This document shows, piece after piece, positions 49,277 through 59,240 of a DNA stretch of 64,000 nucleotides. Position 1 is the stretch's first letter, and every line of letters starts with the position of its first letter. A program made the position numbers and the translations under genes. The stretch is from contig JAHPZI010000006.1 in NCBI GenBank assembly GCA_019058295.1, positions 64,001 through 128,000 of the forward strand, given 5' to 3'. Below the pieces are notes generated by a model, which was not told the DNA's origin, did not search any database, and saw nothing but the letters and a program-made list of their open reading frames with translations. The DNA comes from Promethearchaeota archaeon. Its GTDB lineage: Archaea > Asgardarchaeota > Lokiarchaeia > Sigyniarchaeales > SOKP01.

Positions 49277-49915
49277 TTATTGCTTTAAGAACCTATAAAT
49301 ATTCACATCTATTTTCTTTATTTTTTGAGTATGAAATTTGAATGATTTTTCTAAAATCATATTAAACGGAAGAACATTATCAACTTTCCAATTGAATTTT
49401 TTTATAAAATTGAGAATAAATTTATGAACCTTTTCACTTGCTAGGTGAATCGAGTAAATTACATCTGAGAATGAAAATGCTTTCTCCAAAAATATTCTAT
49501 CAGCTGTTTTATGTTGAACTCCAAAAGGAGGATTCATAATTGTTGTTATTTTCAGATTTTTAGGTATCAATAATTTAGAAAATTCAAGATATTTTACTTC
49601 AGCGCATATGGGAAAAATAATATGGTCAAGATCAAGGTTTTTTATATTATTTTTTAATATACATAAAGCTTTCCAATCCTTATCTATACTTAAGATGCAA
49701 CTAGCTCTCATTAAGGCACTTGCTATTGATAATCTCCCCGTTCCGGCACCAAGATCAAAAATTAATTTATTTTTTATATCGTTGAATTCGAAACCAGCAA
49801 AAAATATAAGATCTACAGCACATGTAGCGTCTATAGTATACTGTTCTAATTTTATTTTTGGCTCAATAAATGTTTGGGTGTTTTGGATTATAGAGATTAA
49901 ATGCTTTTTGTTAAT
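49277..49915 (-). CDS. METTL5-like RNA methyltransferase; needs a non-canonical start
   Basis: Frame extends upstream of ATG 49711 through PKIKLEQY and DLGAGTG (motif I) and contains NPPFG. No in-frame ATG/GTG/TTG occurs before the stop at 49958-49960. Start coordinate is tentative. Confidence 0.82.
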   Translation of the reverse strand: MNKKHLISIIQNTQTFIEPKIKLEQYTIDATCAVDLIFFAGFEFNDIKNKLIFDLGAGTGRLSIASALMRASCILSIDKDWKALCILKNNIKNLDLDHIIFPICAEVKYLEFSKLLIPKNLKITTIMNPPFGVQHKTADRIFLEKAFSFSDVIYSIHLASEKVHKFILNFIKKFNWKVDNVLPFNMILEKSFKFHTQKIKKIDVNIYRFLKQ

Positions 49916-50010
49916 TTTAAAATCCGCTCTATTACAATTAATTATGAATAAATTTATTTACATTATAACATAATATTTACTTAAAATAAAGATCTATTGT
50001 TATTTTTTAT

Positions 50011-50613
50011 ATGCCAAATAGAGAACAAATTAAAAATAAGGATATCGCTGTCACAGGACAATATCTAGGGGTTATAGAAGAGTATATCAGTAATGAGCAA
50101 TCTACATACGTTAAAGAAGGTCAAATTTTTGCGACTAAGACTGGCATGATTTCAATAGACGATAAAAAACGACAAATTGAAATAGAAACACATCAAGAAA
50201 AAGATAGAAAAACAGTTGAAATCGGAGATATTGTTATCGGGACCGTCGTTTTTTTGCGGAAATTTTCCATAGGAATTACTTTTAATACTATCAATCAAAA
50301 GATTCATTTTAATTCTTCTTATTTTGGTAATACTCATGTTTCTCAAATATCTAATAAATATATAGAAAAAATTAACGATGCTTTTCAAATTACGGATATC
50401 ATTAGGGCCAAGGTTACTAAAAAAAATGCAAATGAGTATACTTTAAGTACAGTAGGGAAAAATTTTGGAGTAATACATGCTGATTGTTCGATCTGTGGAA
50501 CAAAACTTAATAAAATCGGATATGATAAATTAAAATGCGACTTTTGTGGGAACATTGAAAAAAGAAAACTTGCTATAGATTATGGAGATATAGCTCATAA
50601 ATTAAGGTTCTAA
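50011..50613 (+). CDS. csl4: Exosome complex RNA-binding protein Csl4
   Basis: GQYLGVIEEY, S1 domain (HVSQIS, DIIRAKV), C-terminal CxxC...CxxC, EKRKLA. Confidence 0.92.
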   Translation: MPNREQIKNKDIAVTGQYLGVIEEYISNEQSTYVKEGQIFATKTGMISIDDKKRQIEIETHQEKDRKTVEIGDIVIGTVVFLRKFSIGITFNTINQKIHFNSSYFGNTHVSQISNKYIEKINDAFQITDIIRAKVTKKNANEYTLSTVGKNFGVIHADCSICGTKLNKIGYDKLKCDFCGNIEKRKLAIDYGDIAHKLRF

Positions 50614-50679
50614 TTTTTTTTCTAATTATCTATCAATAAATTTATTGTTTTTGAATTATTAAGTAGGTGTTTACAATTA

Positions 50680-50901
50680 TTGCCTAGATCTGGTAAAAAA
50701 GTTATTCATTTTTATAATTCAAGTGGAAATTTGGAAAATACAATAAAATTTCTTGAAAAAATTCAAGAAAAAGTAAATTACATTAATTTAAATGCAACAG
50801 TTTCTGGTAAGAGTATTAAGATCACAATATATGGATCTAGGGATCTTCAATATTTGGCTTGTGAAAGATTACGCAATTTAGCAGAAATATATTTGTGTTA
50901 A
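50680..50901 (+). CDS. Small hypothetical protein (possibly DUF2067-like)
   Basis: Lies between csl4 and rpoL; IKITIYG motif. Confidence 0.6.
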   Translation: MPRSGKKVIHFYNSSGNLENTIKFLEKIQEKVNYINLNATVSGKSIKITIYGSRDLQYLACERLRNLAEIYLC

Positions 50902-50988
50902 TTTCATTTCAATACTAAAAAATACCATAAAACATTTATTTTATTTTTCATTAGGATTGATAAGTTCGAATAGTTTAAAGTTATCATA

Positions 50989-51492
50989 ATGGCAAAGAAA
51001 AGAATTAAAAAAGAATCAGAAGAAGAATTAGAAGACGATATAGGAGATTTAGAGGAGGAAGAAGTTGAGATTGAACTTCCTAAAATAACTAAAAAATCGC
51101 GTAAAGACGAAAAAGAACTTGAGGACACTTTTTCAATAACTTCAGAGTTAGGAGAAGAGGAGGATGAAGAGGAGTTAGAATTTGAGCTTGAAAAAAAGCC
51201 TGAATTTCCTGACTATAAATATCTTGATCTAAAGATTTATGAAGTAACAGAAAATAATTATGAAATTGAAATTATTGGACAATCGCATGGATTTTGTAAT
51301 ATTCTTGTTAAACATCTCTTAAATATCGAAGGTGTGAACATAGCGGCATATAAAATGACTGGTTTAGAACCCCCTAAAATTTATTTAAGTCTCAAAAATG
51401 GTCATAAAATTAAAGAGATATTACATAAAGGGATTGAATCGCTTAGAGAAGAAGTTCTAGAGGTCAAAAAACATTTTCAAAAACTCATGTAA
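50989..51492 (+). CDS. rpoL: RNA polymerase subunit L (Rpo11) with acidic N-terminal extension
   Basis: IEIIGQSHGFCNIL...GVNIAAY; csl4-rpoL gene context. Confidence 0.85.
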   Translation: MAKKRIKKESEEELEDDIGDLEEEEVEIELPKITKKSRKDEKELEDTFSITSELGEEEDEEELEFELEKKPEFPDYKYLDLKIYEVTENNYEIEIIGQSHGFCNILVKHLLNIEGVNIAAYKMTGLEPPKIYLSLKNGHKIKEILHKGIESLREEVLEVKKHFQKLM

Positions 51493-51550
51493 ACATATCA
51501 ATGCTTTTTTTATGAAAAATTTTTAAGAAGTTAAAATTCTACTTACTATA

Positions 51551-52003
51551 ATGGTTTATGAGTTTTTAATTAACGATTTAAACAAGATTAAAACGCAAAA
51601 AAGTATTGGAACTGATAAAGGATTAGCTAAAATAGGAGATGGGATAGTTAATCTAGCATATTCAGTGGCAAAATCAATTTATTTAACAAGAAACAACTCA
51701 AATAAAGAAGTAGTGCGTACCGGATTAAAAGTAAGTAAAAAAATTTTATCTAACGCTTTAAAAAATGCAAATATGAAAAATTTTGCTAAAAATAGGGCTG
51801 ATGCTCATGATCTTGCAAATACCGTAGAGGCTATTGTAGCTTATGTTTGGCTAAATAATAAAATGTCTTTAAAAGAAATTATTGATTTTTTAACCGAAAA
51901 TTTTTCTGGAAATCTACAAGGTAGAATTGATGAGATAAATAATGCCATAAATGCCTTTACAACTCTTTTGAATTACACAAAAAAATTCTTACCCGAAAAT
52001 TAA
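51551..52003 (+). CDS. Archaeal RNase III-like (mini-III) domain protein
   Basis: DKGLAKIGDGIVNLAYS, LANTVEAIVAY. Confidence 0.8.
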   Translation: MVYEFLINDLNKIKTQKSIGTDKGLAKIGDGIVNLAYSVAKSIYLTRNNSNKEVVRTGLKVSKKILSNALKNANMKNFAKNRADAHDLANTVEAIVAYVWLNNKMSLKEIIDFLTENFSGNLQGRIDEINNAINAFTTLLNYTKKFLPEN

Positions 52004-52006
52004 AAT

Positions 52007-52570
52007 ATGAAAGAAAATCCTATTACAATCGGATTTGATGATGCCCCTTTTAAGCTAAAATCGACTGAGAGAAAAATAACTCAGTTAATAGGTGTAGTTT
52101 GTCAAGGGACAAGAATGGTCAATGTAGTTAGAAGAGAAATTGAGATCGATGGCTATGACGCGACTGAAGCTTTAATTGAACTCACAAAACAAAATGAACT
52201 TCATGTGCAATATATTTTAACTGATACGATAACATTTGGTGGGTTTAATATTGTTGATTTAAATGAAATTTATAATAAAACAAAAAAACCAATAATTGCT
52301 ATTACTGAAAAAGAAGTTAATCTGGAATCTGTAAAAGATGCATTAATAAAGAAATTTCCACAGAATTATGATTTAAAAATTCAAAAAATAATTAATGCGG
52401 GAAATTTATACGAGACAGATATTGAGACAGCCGGAGGTTTATCAAGGATTTATTTTCATTCTAAAGGAATTGATCCTGATGAGGTTGAATTGTTATTGCA
52501 AAAAATATGTATTGATTCAAAACTTCCCGAGCCGGTTCGTCTCGCACATATAATAGGAAAAGTATTTTGA
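52007..52570 (+). CDS. DUF99 family (endonuclease V-like) protein
   Basis: IGFDDAPF, DGYDAT, ITFGGFNIVD, LPEPVRLAHII. Confidence 0.88.
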   Translation: MKENPITIGFDDAPFKLKSTERKITQLIGVVCQGTRMVNVVRREIEIDGYDATEALIELTKQNELHVQYILTDTITFGGFNIVDLNEIYNKTKKPIIAITEKEVNLESVKDALIKKFPQNYDLKIQKIINAGNLYETDIETAGGLSRIYFHSKGIDPDEVELLLQKICIDSKLPEPVRLAHIIGKVF

Positions 52571-52587
52571 GAAGAAAAAATAAAAGT

Positions 52588-53070
52588 TTAATCTGTTCTC
52601 ATCTCAAATTCTAAAATAGCTTTCATTCTTTGACGTAGTTCAGGACGAATTGCGCTCATTCCATAAGTTTTTACTCCTAATCTCTTTTCTACTTCATCTT
52701 CGGTAAGAACATTCGGAAGATCTTGTTTATTCGCTATGACAATAATTTTTGATCTTATATGACGGGAGAATCTTTCAAAGATTTCTTTACACTTAGAAAT
52801 ATTCTTTTCTGTGGAATCTGTAACTAATACAGCTAAACCTGCACCTCTCAAAAAGTCTTTCCACATGAATCTAAATCTATTTTGGCCTCCAAAATCCCAT
52901 ATGGATACTTTACCGTAAGAGCCCAAGATCCTTGTATTAATATTTAATCCAATAGTTGGGGATCTTTCATTCGAAACCTCTTCTCCTGACAATAATTTTA
53001 GTAAACTAGACTTCCCGACTCCACTCTCCCCAATAATTGCTATTTTATTCTTAATGTGGATCATTTTCAA
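52588..53070 (-). CDS. Arf-like small GTPase
   Basis: GESGVGKS, PTIG, WDFGGQ.RFR.MW, ANKQDLP, MSA. Confidence 0.9.
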   Translation of the reverse strand: MKMIHIKNKIAIIGESGVGKSSLLKLLSGEEVSNERSPTIGLNINTRILGSYGKVSIWDFGGQNRFRFMWKDFLRGAGLAVLVTDSTEKNISKCKEIFERFSRHIRSKIIVIANKQDLPNVLTEDEVEKRLGVKTYGMSAIRPELRQRMKAILEFEMRTD

Positions 53071-53250
53071 TCAAGTCTTCAATTATTTAATTTGTTATTT
53101 AGAAGATGAAAATTATATCTCAAAAAATAGAATAATATGGCGGTATTACCTTTCAAATAAATTTAAATAATTGACTAAATTAACTTTAAAATGAAATCTA
53201 AATAAATAAAAATTGATAGAATGATATAAAAAAATTAGAGGTAAGACTTT

Positions 53251-54360
53251 ATGAACAGAAAAAAAGTTTTTTATTTTCTTTTTTTATGGGGATTATTTCT
53301 CTTACCACTTGTAAATTTTGCTGTAGCTCAACCGAGTTATGTCGGAATTGATGAGGAAGATTCCTATGAGTGGAATACATCTTTCCATAAAAGTCCTCTT
53401 GAAGATTATTGGATTGATCTTGGTTATTCTGTAACATATGCTGAAAATATTACTGATTTTTTTTTTAATGCGTTAGATATAGATACAGACGTTGATGGTT
53501 GGAGAGTTTATATTACAGAAATTGAGAGTGAAGATGATTATTCTTATGCTGGGAATGAGATTGGTGGAGTTCACTATATATACAATTTTTACGTAAGAGA
53601 GGATGGAGGAGATTGGAAAAGAAAAGAACATAATGGTAGAGCAGAGATTATGGAATATGATATATATTTATATCTAGCTTTTACTTGGGCGGATATGGGA
53701 TTCTTCCCTACTTGGCTTAATCCTTTAGACTTGAAAGAATTGTTTCCTTTTGACATGAAATTATGGTTTACTCCTACTAACACGAATTGGCGTCGCATAG
53801 CTGACAATGTTGACTATTTGTATCAACATTATCATGGGGATGGAGAAGCAAACACTGAATACTGTACTTCTTACTTTATCCAAGAAGATTGTGGAATGTC
53901 TACTTCATGGAATCCCGAATATAATAGTCAGATAGAGGAGTTTGGATCTGTGGTAAGATACACTAGTGATGGCGTTCTTTTGCATTATGAATTTACATAT
54001 GATGGACGCATTATTATGGAAATTGATTTAGAACAATCTTTTCTCTACGAAAATTCTTGGTGGTTAATTCCTTTAATAGTAATAGTCATTGTATTAGTTA
54101 TAATTCCAGTTACTATCGTTAGTATTGTAAAGGTAAGAAAGAAACATAGAGTAAAAAAAGAAAAAATTGCTCCACCCAAAGAAGAGAAAAAACCAGAAGT
54201 TTCAGCACCAGCTGCCGTTACTCCAGCTGTCGTTACTCCAGCTGCCGTTACATCACCGGTCGAAACTCAGGAAGAGGTATTTTTTTGCCCAATGTGTGGA
54301 AACCAAGTTAAAGCTGGTAAAAATTTTTGCCAAGAGTGTGGTGCTAATTTAAAGGAGTAA
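53251..54360 (+). CDS. Secreted single-pass membrane protein with cytoplasmic zinc ribbon
   Basis: Signal peptide, acidic/aromatic ectodomain, TM helix, Pro/Ala linker, CPMCG...CQECG. Confidence 0.8.
   Translation: MNRKKVFYFLFLWGLFLLPLVNFAVAQPSYVGIDEEDSYEWNTSFHKSPLEDYWIDLGYSVTYAENITDFFFNALDIDTDVDGWRVYITEIESEDDYSYAGNEIGGVHYIYNFYVREDGGDWKRKEHNGRAEIMEYDIYLYLAFTWADMGFFPTWLNPLDLKELFPFDMKLWFTPTNTNWRRIADNVDYLYQHYHGDGEANTEYCTSYFIQEDCGMSTSWNPEYNSQIEEFGSVVRYTSDGVLLHYEFTYDGRIIMEIDLEQSFLYENSWWLIPLIVIVIVLVIIPVTIVSIVKVRKKHRVKKEKIAPPKEEKKPEVSAPAAVTPAVVTPAAVTSPVETQEEVFFCPMCGNQVKAGKNFCQECGANLKE
54208..54252 (+). repeat. 15-bp tandem repeat x3 encoding PAAVT/PAVVT/PAAVT
   Basis: ccagctgccgttact ccagctgtcgttact ccagctgccgttaca. 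Confidence 0.9.
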
Positions 54361-54546
54361 AAAATCAATATTTAAGTCATTTTTTTCCTTTTTTTTATTT
54401 AATAAATAATAAATCGATATCTCCTTGATGAGTGAAATATAATGAAAATAGAATAATAATTATTCTATAATATAAAAGGCGATAACAAAAATACAGAAAC
54501 TAAAAAAAATAACCAAAAATAAAAATAAGCTAAAAAAAATAAATTC

Positions 54547-55845
54547 TTATGCTCCTGTGTCGATATCCTTGACAATACCTACGGCGACAGTTCTACCCAT
54601 ATCGCGTACCGCGAATCGGCCCATCTCAGGAATTTCAGTATATTTCTCAATACATAGTTTCTTTATTGGGGCTAATTCTACGATTGCAGCTTCATTTCTT
54701 TTGAGAAATTTAGGATTGTCTTCGATTACTGCTCCTGTTTTCTGATCTAATTTTTTCATAAGACTGTTAAATTTTGCTGCAACTTGAGCTGTATGTGCAT
54801 GAACAACAGGAGTATATCCTTGAGCGATAGCGGTTGGATGCCAAATGACAATAATTTGTCCCGTCCATTTTCCCTTTGGAGTTATAACTGTTGGGGGATT
54901 ATCAGGATGACCTAAACAATCACCTCTACCAGCATCTTGCATACTAATTCCTCTGATACTAAATCCAACATTATCACCAGGCTCGGCTTGAGGTATTTCT
55001 TCGTGATGCATTTCAATAGTTCTTATTTCTCCTTTAAAGCCAGTTGGCATAATTATGATTTTATCTCCTTTTTTCAAAACTCCCGTTTCTACTCTACCAA
55101 CTGGAACAACTCCTGTACCTTTAATCTGATAAGAGTCTTGGATTGGAAGTCTCAATGGTTTGTCTGTTGGCTTTGCAGGAATTTCAAATTTATCAATTGC
55201 ATCAATTAAGGTTGGGCCCTTATACCAAGGCATTTTATCGCTAGCTTTTGCTAGATTCTCCATCGCCATACCGCTAGTTGGGATGAAAGGAATTTTTTTC
55301 ACAGGGAATCCAATATTACTAAGAAGGTCAGACACATTTTCTACACATTCGTTAAATCTGTCTTCATTATAATCCCAAACATCAGCTTTATTTATGGCTA
55401 CTACTAATTGCTTAACACCAAGAGTTTGTGCAAGGTAAGCATGTTCCCTAGTTTGCCCATTTGCTGCAATACCCACTTCCATTTCTCCTTTTTTACCAGA
55501 AACGACTAGGATTGCAGCATCTGCTTGAGATGCACCTGTAATCATGTTTTTTACAAAATCAGCGTGTCCGGGAGCATCAATGATTGTAAAGTATCGATTT
55601 GGAGTCTCAAATTTTCTAAATGCAAGATCGATTGTAATCCCTCGCTGACGTTCTTCCTTCAATCTATCAAAAACAAAAGCGTAGGACCATGATTCTCGAT
55701 CATATTCTTTTGCGAGTTTTTCAAGCTCTCTTGCTTCTCTTTCTGATACTGAGCCTGTTTCTATAAGTAAGGCACCCATCATTGTTGATTTGCCGTGATC
55801 TATATGACCTATGATTACGAGATTTAAATGTTGCTTGTCAACCAT
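54547..55845 (-). CDS. tuf: Elongation factor 1-alpha
   Basis: GHIDHGKST, ERQRGITID, DAPGHADFVKNMITG, GRFAVRDMG. Confidence 0.98.
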   Translation of the reverse strand: MVDKQHLNLVIIGHIDHGKSTMMGALLIETGSVSEREARELEKLAKEYDRESWSYAFVFDRLKEERQRGITIDLAFRKFETPNRYFTIIDAPGHADFVKNMITGASQADAAILVVSGKKGEMEVGIAANGQTREHAYLAQTLGVKQLVVAINKADVWDYNEDRFNECVENVSDLLSNIGFPVKKIPFIPTSGMAMENLAKASDKMPWYKGPTLIDAIDKFEIPAKPTDKPLRLPIQDSYQIKGTGVVPVGRVETGVLKKGDKIIIMPTGFKGEIRTIEMHHEEIPQAEPGDNVGFSIRGISMQDAGRGDCLGHPDNPPTVITPKGKWTGQIIVIWHPTAIAQGYTPVVHAHTAQVAAKFNSLMKKLDQKTGAVIEDNPKFLKRNEAAIVELAPIKKLCIEKYTEIPEMGRFAVRDMGRTVAVGIVKDIDTGA

Positions 55846-56202
55846 ATTTCAATCAATTTCCATATTTAATTTATATATACAATTAATTTACTTAATTTTT
55901 AATTGTCAATAATAATATTAATTATTAATTGATAATGAATTTTAATGTTAAGGAATTTATATTCTTTTCTATAAAGGATTCTCTAGGGGAAATAAATGGG
56001 ATATTTATATAATAAGTCAATAAATTTTCTTTTTAAGTAAATACTTACCTTTAGGATCCTCAAATAATTTTCGATTATTATAATAATTAAAAAATTACTT
56101 AGAATTAACATTTAGATAATAAATATAAAAAAACATAGAACTTTAATTTACATTAAGGAATATACAAAATTTAAGTAATAAATCTATCCTCAATTAAAAA
56201 CA

Positions 56203-57021
56203 ATGGTTCGTTCAAGAGAAAAATTTCCAAAGGAAGGAGAATTCATAGTCGGAAAAGTGACTGATATTCACGATCAACATGTTTATGTAGATTTAATAGA
56301 TTACGAGGGTTTAAATACGGAGGACATCGCAAGAGGTATGATTCATGTTAGTGAAATATCAAGCCGATGGGTAAAAAATATAAGAAATCACGTAAGAGTT
56401 GGTCAGAGAATTGTTTTAAGAGTTCTGCATGTGGATCCGACAAAGGGACACGTTGATTTATCATTAAGAAGGGTAAATTCAGCTCAAAGAGAAGTTCGAA
56501 TGAAGGAATGGAAATATGCTTTAAAATACGAAAATTTATTACAATTTCTTGTAGATGCTACGGATTTGTCTCTTGATGATGCTTACAAACTAATTGGATT
56601 TCCAATCTTGGATAAATTTGATTCTTACCAAGAAACTATTGAAGAACTTAAAGAAAATGGCAAGGACATTTTAAAGAATATAAAAAATGTTTCCGAAGAT
56701 GTAAAAAAAGCTTTTCTGCGGGTGATTGACGAGAATGTAGAAATATCGACTATTAACATAGTAGGAAAAATTAAAATTTCTTATAATGCTGAAAATGGGA
56801 TAGATTTAGTAAAAGAATCATTAAATGAAGCAAAAAAGGTCATAAAAAATCCTAAAGAGACCAGAAAATTAAGCATTAGTTATATCGCAGCTCCGCTTTA
56901 CCGTCTCGAAATCGTCTCTAAGGATTATTTAGATGCTGAAAACATACTTTCTGAGGTTTTAGAGGTTATTGAAGCTAAAACAAATAAATATGAGGGTAGG
57001 TTCGATTTTATTCGAGATTAA
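56203..57021 (+). CDS. eif2a: Translation initiation factor 2 alpha subunit
   Basis: S1 domain GMIHVSEISSRWVKNI, KGHVDLSLRRV, AAPLYR. Confidence 0.95.
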   Translation: MVRSREKFPKEGEFIVGKVTDIHDQHVYVDLIDYEGLNTEDIARGMIHVSEISSRWVKNIRNHVRVGQRIVLRVLHVDPTKGHVDLSLRRVNSAQREVRMKEWKYALKYENLLQFLVDATDLSLDDAYKLIGFPILDKFDSYQETIEELKENGKDILKNIKNVSEDVKKAFLRVIDENVEISTINIVGKIKISYNAENGIDLVKESLNEAKKVIKNPKETRKLSISYIAAPLYRLEIVSKDYLDAENILSEVLEVIEAKTNKYEGRFDFIRD

Positions 57022-57055
57022 ATTAATTGTAATAATCTTATTTTAATATATAAGC

Positions 57056-57244
57056 ATGACAAAATATCTTCAAAAATGTAAAAAGTGTGGTAGATACGGA
57101 TTAGCTAATCCAGAATTAAAGTGTCGATACTGCGGTGGTCAATTAATAAATCCAAAGCCACCAAAATTTTCATTAATCGATAAGTATGGAAAATACAGAT
57201 TAAAATATTTTAAAGAAGAATTTGAGGAAAAATTTACTAAATGA
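57056..57244 (+). CDS. nop10: H/ACA RNP protein Nop10
   Basis: CKKC...CRYCGG, PPKFSLIDKYGKYR; directly downstream of aIF2alpha. Confidence 0.93.
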   Translation: MTKYLQKCKKCGRYGLANPELKCRYCGGQLINPKPPKFSLIDKYGKYRLKYFKEEFEEKFTK

Positions 57245-57250
57245 TTTGTA

Positions 57251-57928
57251 TTAAGTGTTAATTTCGATTTTTTCTGCAAATTTCTCGTTAAGAACTATTT
57301 CTGCGTTTTTAGAAGGCATGCACGCAATTTCACCTTTTTTAAATGGCCCATAATTGATAAGATCAATACCCACTAAAGGAGGGGTTTCTTTTAAAAATCT
57401 GATTATAACATAATCGAATTCTTCACCCTTAGATTTGAAAGATTTTTTAAGATCTTCAACTCTAATTTCTTTGAAAGATTCTTCAACTTTACCTATTTCT
57501 GTGCTTCCATTTTCCTTCAATTCAAACGTTTTTTTAATTTCTTCATCTTTAACTCCTTCATAAAGCGCCATTGCTTTTACTTTTTCAAATCCTTTAATAT
57601 CGCTGACTAAATTTCGATAAAATAATTTTTCAGCCTCCAAAAGATCATCTAAATTAATTTCTTGTAAGGCTAAGGCAAAATTTAAAATTTTAATTTCCCG
57701 CATTTTTAAAAAGTCGTTAAATAGAAATTCAAAATTTTCTTTATAAGAATCTAATATCTCGGTTTTTATTTTATTATTTTCTAAATCATTTAATTTTGTA
57801 TTATTAAGAATTTGAAGATTTTCTTTAAATTCTTTAAACAGCTCTTTAGTTAATTGAGTCAAATCTTTATTCTTAAATTCATTAAGCCAATATTGATATA
57901 ACTTCTCGTATTCGTTTTTAATATCCAT
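57251..57928 (-). CDS. gins15: GINS complex subunit (Gins15, A-B domain order)
   Basis: Helical A domain (REIKIL) followed by B domain IRFLKETPPLVGIDLINYGPF; downstream of priS. Confidence 0.88.
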   Translation of the reverse strand: MDIKNEYEKLYQYWLNEFKNKDLTQLTKELFKEFKENLQILNNTKLNDLENNKIKTEILDSYKENFEFLFNDFLKMREIKILNFALALQEINLDDLLEAEKLFYRNLVSDIKGFEKVKAMALYEGVKDEEIKKTFELKENGSTEIGKVEESFKEIRVEDLKKSFKSKGEEFDYVIIRFLKETPPLVGIDLINYGPFKKGEIACMPSKNAEIVLNEKFAEKIEINT

Positions 57929-57989
57929 AAATTAAGAAAATTTTTTTATTCTTAAAAAAGAAAAAGTAGAGAAAGAATTTATTATTAAC

Positions 57990-59240
57990 TTAAGCAGTCT
58001 TAGCAACCCCCCTACAAAGCAAAAATACAGCAATATGATGTGGAACCTCGATTATCTCTCCTTGAGAGAAAGGCCCATAAGTTTGACCTTTTATTTTTGT
58101 AGCAGGTACCTTAGGCTCTAAAATTTCGATTTTTTGCATAATATCACTCTGGAATACTATTGGATCCAGATTTTTATTACTTTCATCGAGGGGATTAAAA
58201 GTATCTAGTTCTTTAATTGATAATTCTTGAACTTTAAATCCTGTTTTCCCATGTAAAGACCCTGGATATCGAATAAGTCTATGGATGTCAATTGATACAG
58301 GGTCATCAATTCTGATTCCAATTTCCTTGATTATTCCATATAAAAAGGTCTCCCATTTTTTTGGACCGAATCCCTCTATATTCCATAATATTTCCAGAAA
58401 ATTTTGCTTATTATTCAGAATAAATTCTATAGTGTCATTACTCAATCCAAATTGCTTACCCTTAAAGAGTTTAATTATTATATCATTAGAATAATTTTTT
58501 AAGACTTCTTCAATTTTTAAAATAATTTTTTTAGACCAGCCGATATTATCTCTTAACAAACTTAAATTCAAGCTTAAATTTTTAAGACCCAAAATTTCAA
58601 GAGAAATATTACTTCCAGTAATATAATCGACAATTTCTCTTCTGTCTCCACTAGATAATCCTCTCATTTTTTTATTTTCGACCTTTAAGTGATACCCACG
58701 ATGCCCTGAAAAAGCAATTTTCAAATCTTTTTCATCAATCCCAAAATCTGGAAAGAGAAAATCGTAAATTAAACTAATTATATCTCTTTTAGCAATATCT
58801 AAACAAATATCACAAATCCAATTTAAATTTCTTAGCTTACGTTTACCACATTTAGGACATTTATTCATCATCCCTTTTCCACTTTTTCCACACTCAACAC
58901 AATACCAATAGTCGTGATTAGTTTTACAGGGGGTTTCAAAATGGTCTACATCAATATCAATAACTAAATCACAGCCTTGATATTGCTTATTATTCATATT
59001 TAAATTATCTGGTTGAAGATATAGTGTTCCACTTGAATATACATGTCTTGATCCATTATCGGCTAAATATTTTTTTAGAAGTTCAACATTTTTAAATGCC
59101 ATATGCCTAATCATAATTTGTTTATCCCACGGAATAAATCCGAATTCCCGATGTTCTAGCAAATCAACAATAGGGATTTTAGACTTATTTTCGCGATAGT
59201 ACGCTTGAAATAGCTTTTTTAATAGTTTATTTTCGCTCAT
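57990..59240 (-). CDS. priS: DNA primase small (catalytic) subunit
   Basis: REFGF, DLVIDID, FSGHRGYH, IDDPVSIDIHRLIRYPGSLHGKTG. Confidence 0.96.
   Translation of the reverse strand: MSENKLLKKLFQAYYRENKSKIPIVDLLEHREFGFIPWDKQIMIRHMAFKNVELLKKYLADNGSRHVYSSGTLYLQPDNLNMNNKQYQGCDLVIDIDVDHFETPCKTNHDYWYCVECGKSGKGMMNKCPKCGKRKLRNLNWICDICLDIAKRDIISLIYDFLFPDFGIDEKDLKIAFSGHRGYHLKVENKKMRGLSSGDRREIVDYITGSNISLEILGLKNLSLNLSLLRDNIGWSKKIILKIEEVLKNYSNDIIIKLFKGKQFGLSNDTIEFILNNKQNFLEILWNIEGFGPKKWETFLYGIIKEIGIRIDDPVSIDIHRLIRYPGSLHGKTGFKVQELSIKELDTFNPLDESNKNLDPIVFQSDIMQKIEILEPKVPATKIKGQTYGPFSQGEIIEVPHHIAVFLLCRGVAKTA

Noticed and set aside
49608-49973. 121-aa plus-strand ORF
   Set aside because: Antisense to the true 5' part of the METTL5-like gene.
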